From Desulfatiglandales bacterium (lineage in GTDB: Bacteria; Desulfobacterota; DSM-4660; Desulfatiglandales; HGW-15), in NCBI GenBank assembly GCA_963667015.2, contig CAXXJJ010000001.1, forward strand, positions 1,664,001 to 1,728,000: a stretch of 64,000 nt of DNA, written 5' to 3'. Both the position numbers and the translations under genes were made by a program. Numbering within the stretch: the stretch's first letter is position 1; each line of letters opens with the position of its first letter. Of this stretch, positions 1-9,829 are shown piece after piece. Under the pieces are notes generated by a model. That model was not told the DNA's origin. It did not search any database and saw only the letters and a program-made list of their open reading frames with translations.

Positions 1-216
1 AAAGAGACAGAGGTTACCATTCTCCGTTTTGGTCGTGTGGCAATGTTTTATATCTCTCTGGATGGAAAAAAGATCGGCCGGTGGAATGAGCAGGCTAGAG
101 CCTGGGAACCCCTTCCCAAAAGTTTTGAACGGGAGATCAACAGATCTTTGCAAATGGCAAGGCGTGAGAGAACAAGTGACCTGATTTATATTCCTGTAGG
201 AGCAATGAAACCATGA
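1..216 (+). CDS. C-terminal part of a DUF3450-like protein (5'-truncated by window edge)
   Basis: Frame +1 reads KETEVTILRFGRVAMFYISLDGKKIGRWNEQARAWEPLP...DLIYIPVGAMKP*. The LRxGRV/DG/W pattern and the ATGA overlap with the following ExbB-like gene fit TonB2-type clusters. Confidence 0.7.
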   Translation, partial: KETEVTILRFGRVAMFYISLDGKKIGRWNEQARAWEPLPKSFEREINRSLQMARRERTSDLIYIPVGAMKP

Positions 217-1658
217 AAACAAAAAAAATCAAGTATCTTATTTTTTGGGGAAGCTTCCTGGTATTGGTTTCTTTGATCCGACCTCTCTTGGCGCAGGAGG
301 ACTGGGAGAGGGTTGAAAAGGAAATCAGCCAGGAAAAAGGCAGGGCAGAAGAGGACGCGGCTCTCACTGAGCGACTTGTTTCAATGGACCGTTCGCAAAT
401 GCAGACGGAAGTAAAAAATCTCAAGGAAGAAAACAGGACGCTGGAGAGTAAACATAAGGCACTGGTAAAGCAGTATGAAGATCTGCTTGAATTGCAGTCA
501 AAGATGGAAGCTGAGCTTATGGAGGAGCAGCAGGATGTTGAGGAGGTCGAGGGAACGCTCCGCTCGGGAGCCAAAGAAGCGGAGAGCATGGTCCGTGATA
601 ACCCCATAACCTCTGAGAAGCCTGATCGGCTGGGTGTTATTGAGAACCTGAGGGACCCTGATAAAGTTCCGGGTATCGAGGGAATCAGGGCACTGGTTGA
701 TCTTTACTTTGATGAACTGGAGGCAACACGGGAGATAGCACTTCGCAAGGGTGAATTTGTTGCACCTGACGGGACAAGCACCACAGGCGACATCCTGCGT
801 GCAGGCATGTTTACGACATATTTCCGCAAGCCGGACGGTGAGGTGGGCTTTCTTAGACCGGAACCTGATGGGGTGCGTCTGATAGGTGTCCCGGGCGACG
901 TGCCCGGTGCGGCACTTAAAGCAATCGAAAATTATTTCAACGGGAACTCCGATATCCTTCCTGTTGATCCTTCCCGCGGCGGGGCGTTCACATCCTATAC
1001 CAAAAAGACCAGGCAGCTCGATAAGCTGGAAGAAGGCGGTCATATAATGTATGCAATTGCCGCAGTCGCACTTCTTGCCCTGTTGATAATGATTGAACGG
1101 ATATTTGTATTATACAGAACAAAGGCCAATACGGACGATATCACAGAGCGGATTGCAGGGCTGGTCGAGAACAGGGAATGGGAGCAGGCAGGCATTGCCT
1201 GCGCAGAGAACAGCAGGGTTCCAACCTGCCGGATGCTGCAGGGAGCTCTCGGAAATGTGGGTGCCTCCCAGGAAGCCCTGGAAAACAGCCTTCAGGAGGG
1301 AATTTTGAGGGAAACCCCACGCCTTGAGCGATTTCTGCCAACCCTGGGTGTTTTAGCCGCCATAGCTCCTCTGCTTGGTCTTCTGGGAACAGTCACAGGT
1401 ATGATCAATACCTTTAAGGTTATTACAGCCCAGGGGGCAGGTGACGCGAATGCCATGGCCGGCGGTATTTCCGAGGCCCTTCTGACAACCCAGTTCGGTC
1501 TAACAGTTGCCGTTCCCCTGATACTTATTCACCACCTGCTTTCCCGCCGTGTGGATAAGATTGTGGGTGATATGGAAGAGAAGGGCACGGCCTTTGCCGT
1601 GACCATGACCATGAATGGAGGAAACGCTATCCCGAGCGAGGCAGAAAATGTTTCTTGA
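213..1658 (+). CDS. Long MotA/TolQ/ExbB proton-channel protein with N-terminal periplasmic coiled coil (TtpC-like)
   Basis: Signal peptide, coiled-coil region, C-terminal APLLGLLGTVTGMI and AGGISEALLTTQFGL motifs. Confidence 0.85.
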   Translation: MKTKKIKYLIFWGSFLVLVSLIRPLLAQEDWERVEKEISQEKGRAEEDAALTERLVSMDRSQMQTEVKNLKEENRTLESKHKALVKQYEDLLELQSKMEAELMEEQQDVEEVEGTLRSGAKEAESMVRDNPITSEKPDRLGVIENLRDPDKVPGIEGIRALVDLYFDELEATREIALRKGEFVAPDGTSTTGDILRAGMFTTYFRKPDGEVGFLRPEPDGVRLIGVPGDVPGAALKAIENYFNGNSDILPVDPSRGGAFTSYTKKTRQLDKLEEGGHIMYAIAAVALLALLIMIERIFVLYRTKANTDDITERIAGLVENREWEQAGIACAENSRVPTCRMLQGALGNVGASQEALENSLQEGILRETPRLERFLPTLGVLAAIAPLLGLLGTVTGMINTFKVITAQGAGDANAMAGGISEALLTTQFGLTVAVPLILIHHLLSRRVDKIVGDMEEKGTAFAVTMTMNGGNAIPSEAENVS

Positions 1659-2268
1659 TCTATTGGACAGGACTTTTGAGCATTTAGAGACCGGCGGGTT
1701 TGTAATGTATCCGTTGCTGGCGGTCTCCCTTATTATGTTTTTCCTGGTGGTGAAAAAATTCATGGAAATGCACGACTTCACCAGTGGTGACAGGCCCATT
1801 ACAGAGTGTCTGCAGTCTATAGGAAAACCCGGCTTCACGGCGGCTCCATGGCAGAAAGAGATTATCGGACAGTTTCTATTAAAAAGAACTTTTAACGATG
1901 ATCTGGATAAGAGCATCCTGGAGGTCCTGAGAATGCGTCAGGTGAGGTTTGTCATGGGGTCAATAAAATCCATTGCGGTTCTATCCAGCGTGGCGCCGCT
2001 GCTGGGGCTTCTCGGCACCGTGACCGGTATGATCACAACATTCATGGTGATCGCAACATCAGGAACCGGAGATGCAAAGGCACTTGCCTCCGGAATTTCC
2101 GAGGCGCTTATAACGACTCAGACAGGTCTGGTCGTAGCTGTTCCGGGATTATTCCTTGCAAATTTTCTACGCCGACGCTCAACCAATCTTGAAGACCGGA
2201 TACAGCGCTTTTGCCTTGGGCTGCAGAGATCACATCGGGTAATAGAGGATGAAGAAGCAGAAACATAG
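1648..2268 (+). CDS. exbB: MotA/TolQ/ExbB proton channel family protein
   Basis: GGFVMYPL, APLLGLLGTVTGMI and ASGISEALITTQTGL motifs; ATG 1648 chosen over 1615. Confidence 0.88.
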   Translation: MFLDLLDRTFEHLETGGFVMYPLLAVSLIMFFLVVKKFMEMHDFTSGDRPITECLQSIGKPGFTAAPWQKEIIGQFLLKRTFNDDLDKSILEVLRMRQVRFVMGSIKSIAVLSSVAPLLGLLGTVTGMITTFMVIATSGTGDAKALASGISEALITTQTGLVVAVPGLFLANFLRRRSTNLEDRIQRFCLGLQRSHRVIEDEEAET

Positions 2269-2317
2269 ATGTCCCCGATTGGGTAAACCTCAATACAGTT
2301 TATATGGGTAGGTAGCT

Positions 2318-2737
2318 ATGAAAAAAATAGTTGAAGGTGGCCGTCGCAGGATGGAGTCGGAACTGGATATGGCTCCTCTAATAGATATGATTTTTATTCT
2401 GCTGATATTTTTTCTGGTTGCTACAAGCTTCACCAGAGAATCAGGAGTTGACCTGAAAAGACCCAAGCAGGCACCGATGCAGCCCGATGCGCGGAAAAAG
2501 ACAAACGTAACCGTGGAAATAGGTCACGATAACAGGGTTTTTATCGATGGCAGGGTATATGATGTCCGCACAGTCCGGGCATATATGGAACAGTTTCTTT
2601 TGGATGTTCCAAAGGGAACAGTGGTAATTGCAACAGATAAGGACAGCGCTATCGGGCGTGTTATTCAGGTAATGGATCAGTGTAAACTTGCCGGTGTAGA
2701 AAACGTCAGTGTAGCTCCACTAATCGAGACAAAATAA
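2318..2737 (+). CDS. exbD: Biopolymer transport protein ExbD/TolR
   Basis: LDMAPLIDMIFILLIFFLV transmembrane motif with the conserved Asp. Confidence 0.9.
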   Translation: MKKIVEGGRRRMESELDMAPLIDMIFILLIFFLVATSFTRESGVDLKRPKQAPMQPDARKKTNVTVEIGHDNRVFIDGRVYDVRTVRAYMEQFLLDVPKGTVVIATDKDSAIGRVIQVMDQCKLAGVENVSVAPLIETK

Positions 2738-2753
2738 ATACAGGTGCATTGCT

Positions 2754-3164
2754 ATGAAAAAAATAGTTAAAAGCAGCCGAAACTCCGAATCAACAGATTT
2801 AAATATGGCCCCGCTGATCGATATGATTTTCATTCTGCTGATATTCTTTCTGGTGGCAGGCAGTTTTGTCAAAAAATCAGGCGTTTTTGTCAGTAAGTCT
2901 ATTGCCGAAACCGCTGAGGAGAAGAATAAGACAAACCTTATTCTGGGTATTACCCGTGATAACAAGATTTATATTGAGGGCAGGGAGGTTGATATCCGCG
3001 ATGTGGAGGGGCAGATGGAACGTTTCCTTCTGGAGAATCCTGACGGTTATGTGGTGATATCTCCGGATAAGGAAAGTCGTGCGGAGATAACCCTTAAGGT
3101 GCAGGACTACTGCCGGGATGCGGGAATAAAGCACCTGAGTATATCCGCTGTAAAACCTGAATAG
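2754..3164 (+). CDS. exbD: Biopolymer transport protein ExbD/TolR (second paralog)
   Basis: LNMAPLIDMIFILLIFFLV motif. Confidence 0.9.
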   Translation: MKKIVKSSRNSESTDLNMAPLIDMIFILLIFFLVAGSFVKKSGVFVSKSIAETAEEKNKTNLILGITRDNKIYIEGREVDIRDVEGQMERFLLENPDGYVVISPDKESRAEITLKVQDYCRDAGIKHLSISAVKPE

Positions 3165-3166
3165 AG

Positions 3167-3850
3167 GTGATCGGAATGGAGACAACTTCATATAATGTCT
3201 GGCGTCCAAAAAACATTGTTATTATTATTTTCTTTACTGTTGTTATTAACTCTGTACTGTTTATGGGGTTGCCGGCATTGACGCGTATGGCGGACAGAGA
3301 ACGGGATATCAGAAAAGAAACCCAGTATATGATAACAACACGCGAAGCGCCCAAGCCCCATGAGACTCAGAACGAAAAGAGATTGAGGCGGAAAGAACTG
3401 AAGCAGATCCCCAAACCTCAGGCTGCCTCTGTTTCACAGCAGAAACTGGATGCACCCAGGTTCGCCTTTGATACGAGTGCAACAGGTGTTGGCGGACTTG
3501 AGGTTTCGGTGGCACCGACCGAGGGCATGAAATTAGATGTGGGAGACCTGACCTTTTCTATCGGTGATGTGGATACTCCACCCAGGGTTATTCGCTCCTA
3601 TCCGGTTAATTATCCCTATGGCGCAATGAGTAAGGGACTGACAGGGCGTGTGTTTGTTAAGATCCGTGTCGGTGTTGACGGCAGGGCAACAGAAATCATG
3701 GCGAAAAGGGCCGAGCCTCCTGAGGTGCTCGACGTTTTCGCGGAAGCAGCTGAAGAAGCGGTAGCAAAATACCGTTTTGAGCCGGCCAGGCTTGGGGGTG
3801 AGGCGGTCCCGGTCTGGGCCCTGCAGCCGATAAGTTTTGATGTGTACTAA
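3167..3850 (+). CDS. tonB: Energy transducer TonB
   Basis: N-terminal TM anchor, linker, C-terminal YPxxA..G..GRVFVKIRVGVDG..FEPA TonB_C domain; follows exbBD. Confidence 0.85.
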   Translation: MIGMETTSYNVWRPKNIVIIIFFTVVINSVLFMGLPALTRMADRERDIRKETQYMITTREAPKPHETQNEKRLRRKELKQIPKPQAASVSQQKLDAPRFAFDTSATGVGGLEVSVAPTEGMKLDVGDLTFSIGDVDTPPRVIRSYPVNYPYGAMSKGLTGRVFVKIRVGVDGRATEIMAKRAEPPEVLDVFAEAAEEAVAKYRFEPARLGGEAVPVWALQPISFDVY

Positions 3851-3867
3851 ATAAAACGGGAGATCAT

Positions 3868-5097
3868 ATGTCACAGCTTCTTAAACAGGGATTTGGTATC
3901 GGTTTGATTCTGGCCTTCATACTCCTCTTCATATCTTTTAGTATTGCGGATGAAAAGGAAGAGGAAAAGTTGACAACAAAGGCAAGACTGGCAATATATA
4001 ATGCCCAGGTAGCCATAAGCGAAGAGAAACCGGATGAGGCGCTTGCAATACTTGATAATTTTATTGCCTCACAGCCGCCTGTTGTTCCCCTTCGTATCTA
4101 TGAGCTGATAGCCCACATCTGGATGCAAAAGGAAGATATTGAAAAGGCCCGGAAATACTTCAAGATCATGTATGATACTCAACCCAACGATCCCAAGGTC
4201 CTGAAGAATTATGCGGTATTGACCTACCAGGAAGGACTTTATGCTGAGGCAGCAGCTCTTTTTGAAAAACTTTATGAAATAGAGGAGACGACCGCTCCGG
4301 GAGGATCACTGCCCCAGGCCGCTCAGGCATATATGCTGGCAGAGGATTTTGATAATTCCAGGCGAATCCTTGTGAAGCTTGTGGGATTGCCCGGCAAGCC
4401 TGATCCGAGGTGGTACGAAGTTTTAATCGGTATATGTCTTGAGCGGGAAGAGGATAAGGATGCTGAACGGTACATTCTTGATCTTCTGCATCTGAATCCT
4501 GTCCAGGCAAAATACTGGAAGCAGCTGGCACAGATCCGTATGAAGCGGGAAGAATGGCAGACAGCAACAAGCGACCTGGAGATATCACACAGGGTGGAGT
4601 CGCCCGGAAGGCAAAGCGAGTGGCTGGTTCTTGGAGATCTCTATACCCGGGCAGTCAATGCCCCGCTTATGGGAGCCCGCTGCTACAGGCAGGCATACAG
4701 GGATGACAGTGATGAAAAAGGCTATCTGTCCATCTCCCGTATCTATCAGAAAGCCTACCGTTATGATGAAGCTGTTAAGGCACTGGATGAGGGGATTATT
4801 AAAAATCCGGAAAGTGCTGCACTTCTTCTGGAGAAGGGACGAGTCTTATACGAGGCCCGCCGATACAGGGAGGCTGTTGCAACGCTTGAAGATTGTGTTA
4901 AAATAGATCCTGAATCAGGCGATGCCTATTTTCAAATGGGGCTTGCGGCCTGGACCCTCAGAGAATGGGACTCTGCCCGCACAGCCTTTGTACAGGCCAA
5001 GCGTTTATCCGAGAGATATCATTCTCAGTGTAATTCCGTGATTGCCCTGCTTGATGATCTTAATGAGGAGAGGAAAGAAATCGAAGATGCAAAATAA
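3868..5097 (+). CDS. Exported tetratricopeptide repeat protein
   Basis: Signal peptide and multiple TPR-like helices (AYFQMGLAAW, LLEKGRVLYE); last gene of the TonB cluster. Confidence 0.8.
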   Translation: MSQLLKQGFGIGLILAFILLFISFSIADEKEEEKLTTKARLAIYNAQVAISEEKPDEALAILDNFIASQPPVVPLRIYELIAHIWMQKEDIEKARKYFKIMYDTQPNDPKVLKNYAVLTYQEGLYAEAAALFEKLYEIEETTAPGGSLPQAAQAYMLAEDFDNSRRILVKLVGLPGKPDPRWYEVLIGICLEREEDKDAERYILDLLHLNPVQAKYWKQLAQIRMKREEWQTATSDLEISHRVESPGRQSEWLVLGDLYTRAVNAPLMGARCYRQAYRDDSDEKGYLSISRIYQKAYRYDEAVKALDEGIIKNPESAALLLEKGRVLYEARRYREAVATLEDCVKIDPESGDAYFQMGLAAWTLREWDSARTAFVQAKRLSERYHSQCNSVIALLDDLNEERKEIEDAK

Positions 5098-5155
5098 CTT
5101 AATATAATGCTGAAAATAGAAATTTATGTTATTTTTAAAAAAATGAAATTATTCA

Positions 5156-5204
5156 TTGACATAGGATTACAACCCCAAGTATGATTTCCCTACAATTGTA
5201 ATCC
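5156..5204 (+). promoter_or_regulatory. Sigma70 promoter with BlaI/MecI/CopY operator
   Basis: TTGACA (5156-5161), 18 nt spacer, TATGAT (5180-5185). TACAATTGTA (5191-5200) matches the TACA-N2-TGTA box. GGATTACAA/TTGTAATCC inverted repeat at 5164-5204. Confidence 0.75.
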
Positions 5205-5224
5205 AATTGAAAGGGAGAAAAAAA

Positions 5225-5593
5225 ATGAGTAAAGTGCCAAAGATTTCTGAATCCGAATGGCTGGTCATGAAAGTGATATGGGATGAAAATCCGATCAGTT
5301 CCAACAGGGTTGTTGATATATTATCAGATTCAACCCACTGGAATCCTAAAACTATAAAGACACTGTTAAGCCGGTTGGTAAAAAAAGGGGCTGTCGGGCA
5401 TGAGAGTGAGGGAAGAAGTTATCTCTATTATCCGCTTATAGAAGAGTCCGTTCTTGTAAAGGCGGAAAGCAAATCCTTTTTGACAAGGGTTTTCAGGGGC
5501 GCATTAAAGCCCATGATTGCCACAATGGTTGAAAGTGAAGAGTTATCTGAAGAAGAATTAGAGGAATTAAGGAGTCTCCTTTTGAAGAAATAA
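5225..5593 (+). CDS. BlaI/MecI/CopY family transcriptional repressor
   Basis: ISESEWLVMKVIW...WNPKTIKTLLSRLVKKG...GRSYLYYPL family signature. Confidence 0.92.
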   Translation: MSKVPKISESEWLVMKVIWDENPISSNRVVDILSDSTHWNPKTIKTLLSRLVKKGAVGHESEGRSYLYYPLIEESVLVKAESKSFLTRVFRGALKPMIATMVESEELSEEELEELRSLLLKK

Positions 5594-5597
5594 GGGG

Positions 5598-7775
5598 GTG
5601 TTAATGGAACCTTTAATATCCAGGCTGTCAACCTTTTTTCCCTGGTTGATCGATTATACGATAGATATAAGCATCCTGATCTGCCTTATATTTATTATCA
5701 GATCTATAGTCTCCAAAAAACTTCCTGCCTGGTGGAACTATAGCCTGTGGATAGTACTCCTTCTCCGTATGGTTATACCCTTTACATTTGATAGCCCTTT
5801 GAAGATTCCAAATGTTGTGCCTATCTCTATCGATGTGAGTCTGTTTGATGCGGTTTTGATTGAAGAAGATATCGTTACACCTGAATTTACACCGGAATTG
5901 TCAACAGCGCCGCAGGGATGGAATATTCAGCTCGATGATGTGCTGCTGTCTTTATGGATAGCATGTGCCATAATTTTGGGCTGTTATATCCTGATTAAAA
6001 ACATCAGATTCCGGAATGCAATTAAAAAAGAACCTCTTTTATCGGAAAAAAGGGTTCTTGACCTGCTTGAAGAATGCAAGAACCGGATGAAAATTAAAAC
6101 TTCTCTGCAGGTTACCGTTACAGGCAGGGTAAAAAGCCCGGCGCTTTTCGGGTATGTCCGGCCAAGGCTTCTGCTGCCTGTTGGTGTCAAAGAAAAACTC
6201 AATGACGCTGAATTATCATATATGTTTATGCATGAACTGGGACATCTGAAACGTCATGATATCGGCGTGTCCTGGCTTATTACATTTATACAGATTTTTC
6301 AATGGTTCAACCCGTTTGTATGGCTGGCCTTCTACCAGATGAGGCTTGACCAGGAATCGGCCTGTGATGCATCGGTTTTATCCAGAATAAATCATGATCA
6401 AACAATAGATTATGCCGGCACTATTGTCGGTTTTCTGGAAAATTTTTGTCGAAATCATAAACTTCCGGCTTTGGTGGGTATCCTCGAGAATCAGTCTCAA
6501 ATAAAAAAGAGGATAACCATGATCGTCAATTACAGAAGAAACTCAAAAATAATGATGTTTTTTTCGACAACCTCACTTATTGCCATAGGATTAATCTTTT
6601 TTTCACTTGCAGGTTTTGCAAAATCAGACCATGAGCGGGCCGGGTTGGAGGCCTCAATCCTGCAGGCCCTTCCTTTTGATGTTCAACAAGAACTTGTAAT
6701 GAAGGGTAATGATCCTGCTCATAAAGAGAAGGCTGTAAAATTTATAGAAAATAATCAAACTGCCTCTGCAGTAACTCAGGAAAAAATTGTTGAGGATAAG
6801 GCAGAGCAGGGGAAATCTGAACCGGAAAGATTAAATACCCTGGTGGTTCAAAACAATAACAATATCCAGGAAAAGGCGGCCATGAGGCTTGCCCGGATTA
6901 GCCAAAAGGCTCCTGATGTTATTCAGGAAAGAGTTGTTAAGGTCAGGGCAGAGCAGGAGAAGCTTAAACCGGAAACTCAAAAGGGTGTTGTTGAAGTCAG
7001 GGATACTAAAACTGAAGATAAGTCGGAAACCGGAAGGCTTGCAGAGATTAGTAAAAAAGATTCTATTGAGAAGTCCCAGGAACGGAATAATAACAGGATA
7101 GAGCAGGGTGAGCAGTACCCGAAAACACAAGAGTTAACAACAGTGGTTCAGAATAAAAATAAAGAGACTGAAGCGCCGAGTTTTTCCGCAGCGCCTCAGA
7201 AGGCATCTGAAATAATTAAGGAAGATAGCAATATCGATCCTGAAACCAAAGGTGTTCTGAACAATCACACATCAACAATACACGAAAGTGAACAGGTAGC
7301 CAGTGTAACGGCATTGCCTGAAAAAAACAGCAATTCGGGTGTAGATAAGAGTATGCAGTATCTGGATTTAGCCAGATCAGTTTATTATATTTCAAAAAGT
7401 CTGGGTTATTCCGGAGTAACTTCTAATACTCCTGAAAATAATCCTGATGAGGATAAAATACATAATTTTAGAGAGGTTGATGAACAGCCGAGGGTTGTCA
7501 GTCGCTTTCCCCCCACCTATCCGTTTAACGCCCGGGCAAAAGGAATTGAAGGGCGGGTTATATTAAGGTTCGTAGTTGACAGGGAAGGGACTGTCCTTGA
7601 TCCCAAAATCGTCAGTTCTGAACCGGAAGGTATTTTTGATGAGGCCGCGCTTGATGCTGTTGTCAAATATAAATTAAAACCGGCCATGAAGGGTAGTAAG
7701 AGTGTTAACAGTATAGTCAAATTAGCGATGAACTTCTCTCTGAATGATAACTATTTAAAGTTCGCGCAAAGATAG
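5598..7775 (+). CDS. BlaR1-like M56 metallopeptidase fused to a C-terminal TonB domain
   Basis: TM N-terminus, SPALFG, HELGHLKRHD zinc motif, QWFNP, ESACD; C-terminal YPFNARAKGIEGRVILRFVVDREG TonB_C. Confidence 0.9.
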   Translation: MLMEPLISRLSTFFPWLIDYTIDISILICLIFIIRSIVSKKLPAWWNYSLWIVLLLRMVIPFTFDSPLKIPNVVPISIDVSLFDAVLIEEDIVTPEFTPELSTAPQGWNIQLDDVLLSLWIACAIILGCYILIKNIRFRNAIKKEPLLSEKRVLDLLEECKNRMKIKTSLQVTVTGRVKSPALFGYVRPRLLLPVGVKEKLNDAELSYMFMHELGHLKRHDIGVSWLITFIQIFQWFNPFVWLAFYQMRLDQESACDASVLSRINHDQTIDYAGTIVGFLENFCRNHKLPALVGILENQSQIKKRITMIVNYRRNSKIMMFFSTTSLIAIGLIFFSLAGFAKSDHERAGLEASILQALPFDVQQELVMKGNDPAHKEKAVKFIENNQTASAVTQEKIVEDKAEQGKSEPERLNTLVVQNNNNIQEKAAMRLARISQKAPDVIQERVVKVRAEQEKLKPETQKGVVEVRDTKTEDKSETGRLAEISKKDSIEKSQERNNNRIEQGEQYPKTQELTTVVQNKNKETEAPSFSAAPQKASEIIKEDSNIDPETKGVLNNHTSTIHESEQVASVTALPEKNSNSGVDKSMQYLDLARSVYYISKSLGYSGVTSNTPENNPDEDKIHNFREVDEQPRVVSRFPPTYPFNARAKGIEGRVILRFVVDREGTVLDPKIVSSEPEGIFDEAALDAVVKYKLKPAMKGSKSVNSIVKLAMNFSLNDNYLKFAQR

Positions 7776-7869
7776 TATTTTTAGCTGCCTGTTTGTCTAG
7801 TCAAAAAAATATATCATTGTACCCACACATTTTTAAAGCCGGAAACCTTTTTTATGCGTTGGAGACCTG

Positions 7870-9618
7870 ATGTCAGAAAAACCAACCTATGAAGAATTAG
7901 AGAAAAGGATTTTAGATTTAGAGGCAGAAATCCTGGAGGTCAGGCAGTCGGAAGAATCGATCCGGGATAGAGAAGCCAGGCTCAGATCGATGGCTAACCA
8001 GGTGCCGGAGATGTTATACCAGTTTGTGATGCACCGGGATGGGACATACTCGGTTCCCTACTTCAATGATCGTGTGTATCAGTTTACCGGGTACAAACCT
8101 GAGGAAATTGTAAAAGATCCATATGTTATGGGTAAAACGCTCCATCCTGATGATGTCGGAATATTGCAGGAAAAAATATCTCAATCGGTAAAAAATCTGA
8201 GTGAAATTTCAGTGGAATACAGGCTCATAGGTCCTGATAATGTGGTTAGATGGTTTAACTCAAAATCGATTCCACATCTGATGGAAAATGGAGATATACA
8301 CTGGGATGGAATATCCGTTGATATCACGGAACGTAAACGGGTTGAAGAGGCACTGCGGGAGAGTAAGTATAAATACCAGGCATTGTTTGAAAAAATGATG
8401 GATGCATGTGCGCTTCATGAGATTATTTGTGATGAAAACGGAAAGCCTTTTAATTATCGATTTCTGGCTGTGAATCCTGCCTTTGAAAAAATAACAGGAC
8501 ATAAGGCCGATGATATCCTGGGTAAAACCATGCTGGATGTAGTGCCTGATGCAGAGCCATCCTTAATTGAAAAATATGGAAAGGTCGCCCTTACCGGTGA
8601 GCCTGTCTCTTTCGAATACTATTCCCGGAGAAAAGGTGACTATATAATTACTGCCTATCAACCGGAAGAAAGACAGTTTGCCTGTATTTTTCAGGATATA
8701 ACTGAGCAAAGAAAGGCCCGTAAAGAGCTTGTGCAGTCCCAGGAATACTTAAAGGCCATAATGAGAAATACCAGCGACTTTATAGTCATCAGAAACAAGG
8801 ACGGTTTTCCTGTACTTTTCAACACATCTGCAGAAAAGATAACAAAAAAGGCCATGGGTATAGATTTAAACTCGGATATAATGCCTCATAAACTTTTATC
8901 CGATAAAAAGGAAGTTGCCTTCTGGGATGATCTGCATGAAAAGGCATTAAATGGCGAAGGATTCAAAATTGAATATTCATACCCTGTCAGTGATGACGAT
9001 CTCAGACATTTTGAGATCTATTTTAATCCGATATTGCAGGAAGGCAAAGTTCAAGGGTTTATCCAAATAGCCCGGGACATAACTGAACGCCGTGAAATGG
9101 AAGAGATCCTTAAAAAATCTCATAATGATCTGGAAAAGCGTGTAAAAGAGCGTACGGATGACCTGAGGAAGGCTAATAAAGCCCTGCAGAAAAAAACAAC
9201 GGATCTGCAGGATGTCAATACTGCGCTCAAGGTCCTTCTTGAAAGGAGAGAGAAGGATAAAGATGATATTGGCCAGAATATATTGCTCAATGTAAAAGAA
9301 CTGCTTCTTCCCTATATCAAAAAATTAAAAAAATGCGCTTTGACTGAAAATCAAAAAAGCTATATGGAGCTTCTGGAGTCAGGGCTGCAGAATATCATAT
9401 CGCCCTTTGCCCAGCAACTGACCTCCAGATATATGCATATTACACCCGGAGAAATGCATGTTGCCAATCTTGTAAAGGAAGGAAAGACTTCCAAGGAGAT
9501 TGCCGATATTCTTAATTCAACGGAAAGAGCTGTGGTCGCTCATAGGGCAAATCTCAGGAAGAAACTTGGCCTTAAGAAAAAATCCAACCTGAGAACCCAC
9601 CTTTTATCGCTTCACTAG
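7870..9618 (+). CDS. Multi-PAS sensor with C-terminal LuxR-type HTH
   Basis: Three PAS/PAC units ending DITERK/DITEQR/DITERR; C-terminal ITPGEMHVANLVKEGKTSKEIADILN..HRANLRKKLG. Confidence 0.88.
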   Translation: MSEKPTYEELEKRILDLEAEILEVRQSEESIRDREARLRSMANQVPEMLYQFVMHRDGTYSVPYFNDRVYQFTGYKPEEIVKDPYVMGKTLHPDDVGILQEKISQSVKNLSEISVEYRLIGPDNVVRWFNSKSIPHLMENGDIHWDGISVDITERKRVEEALRESKYKYQALFEKMMDACALHEIICDENGKPFNYRFLAVNPAFEKITGHKADDILGKTMLDVVPDAEPSLIEKYGKVALTGEPVSFEYYSRRKGDYIITAYQPEERQFACIFQDITEQRKARKELVQSQEYLKAIMRNTSDFIVIRNKDGFPVLFNTSAEKITKKAMGIDLNSDIMPHKLLSDKKEVAFWDDLHEKALNGEGFKIEYSYPVSDDDLRHFEIYFNPILQEGKVQGFIQIARDITERREMEEILKKSHNDLEKRVKERTDDLRKANKALQKKTTDLQDVNTALKVLLERREKDKDDIGQNILLNVKELLLPYIKKLKKCALTENQKSYMELLESGLQNIISPFAQQLTSRYMHITPGEMHVANLVKEGKTSKEIADILNSTERAVVAHRANLRKKLGLKKKSNLRTHLLSLH

Positions 9619-9630
9619 CCGGTCTATTTA

Positions 9631-9700
9631 GTGCAGTTTTTTACTGCTATAATTCTGTAATTTTTATGATGTATACAAATGTAATTATTTTTATTAAAAT
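9631..9700 (+). promoter_or_regulatory. Putative activator-dependent promoter (copy A of a 50-bp conserved element)
   Basis: GCAGT-N5-ACTGC palindrome, then TATACA-17 nt-TAAAAT; ungapped similarity to 31509-31558 and 44721-44770. Confidence 0.55.
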
Positions 9701-9829
9701 ATTATCTATGCTCAGTCATCAGATATATTTAGATGGCTTAATAGGAAACTCCAGTGTGGTATCTGCTATCTGTTTTGGTCAAAGGAGTTCTTCTTCTATC
9801 ACACCAACTTGAAAAGGAGGAATGCCATA

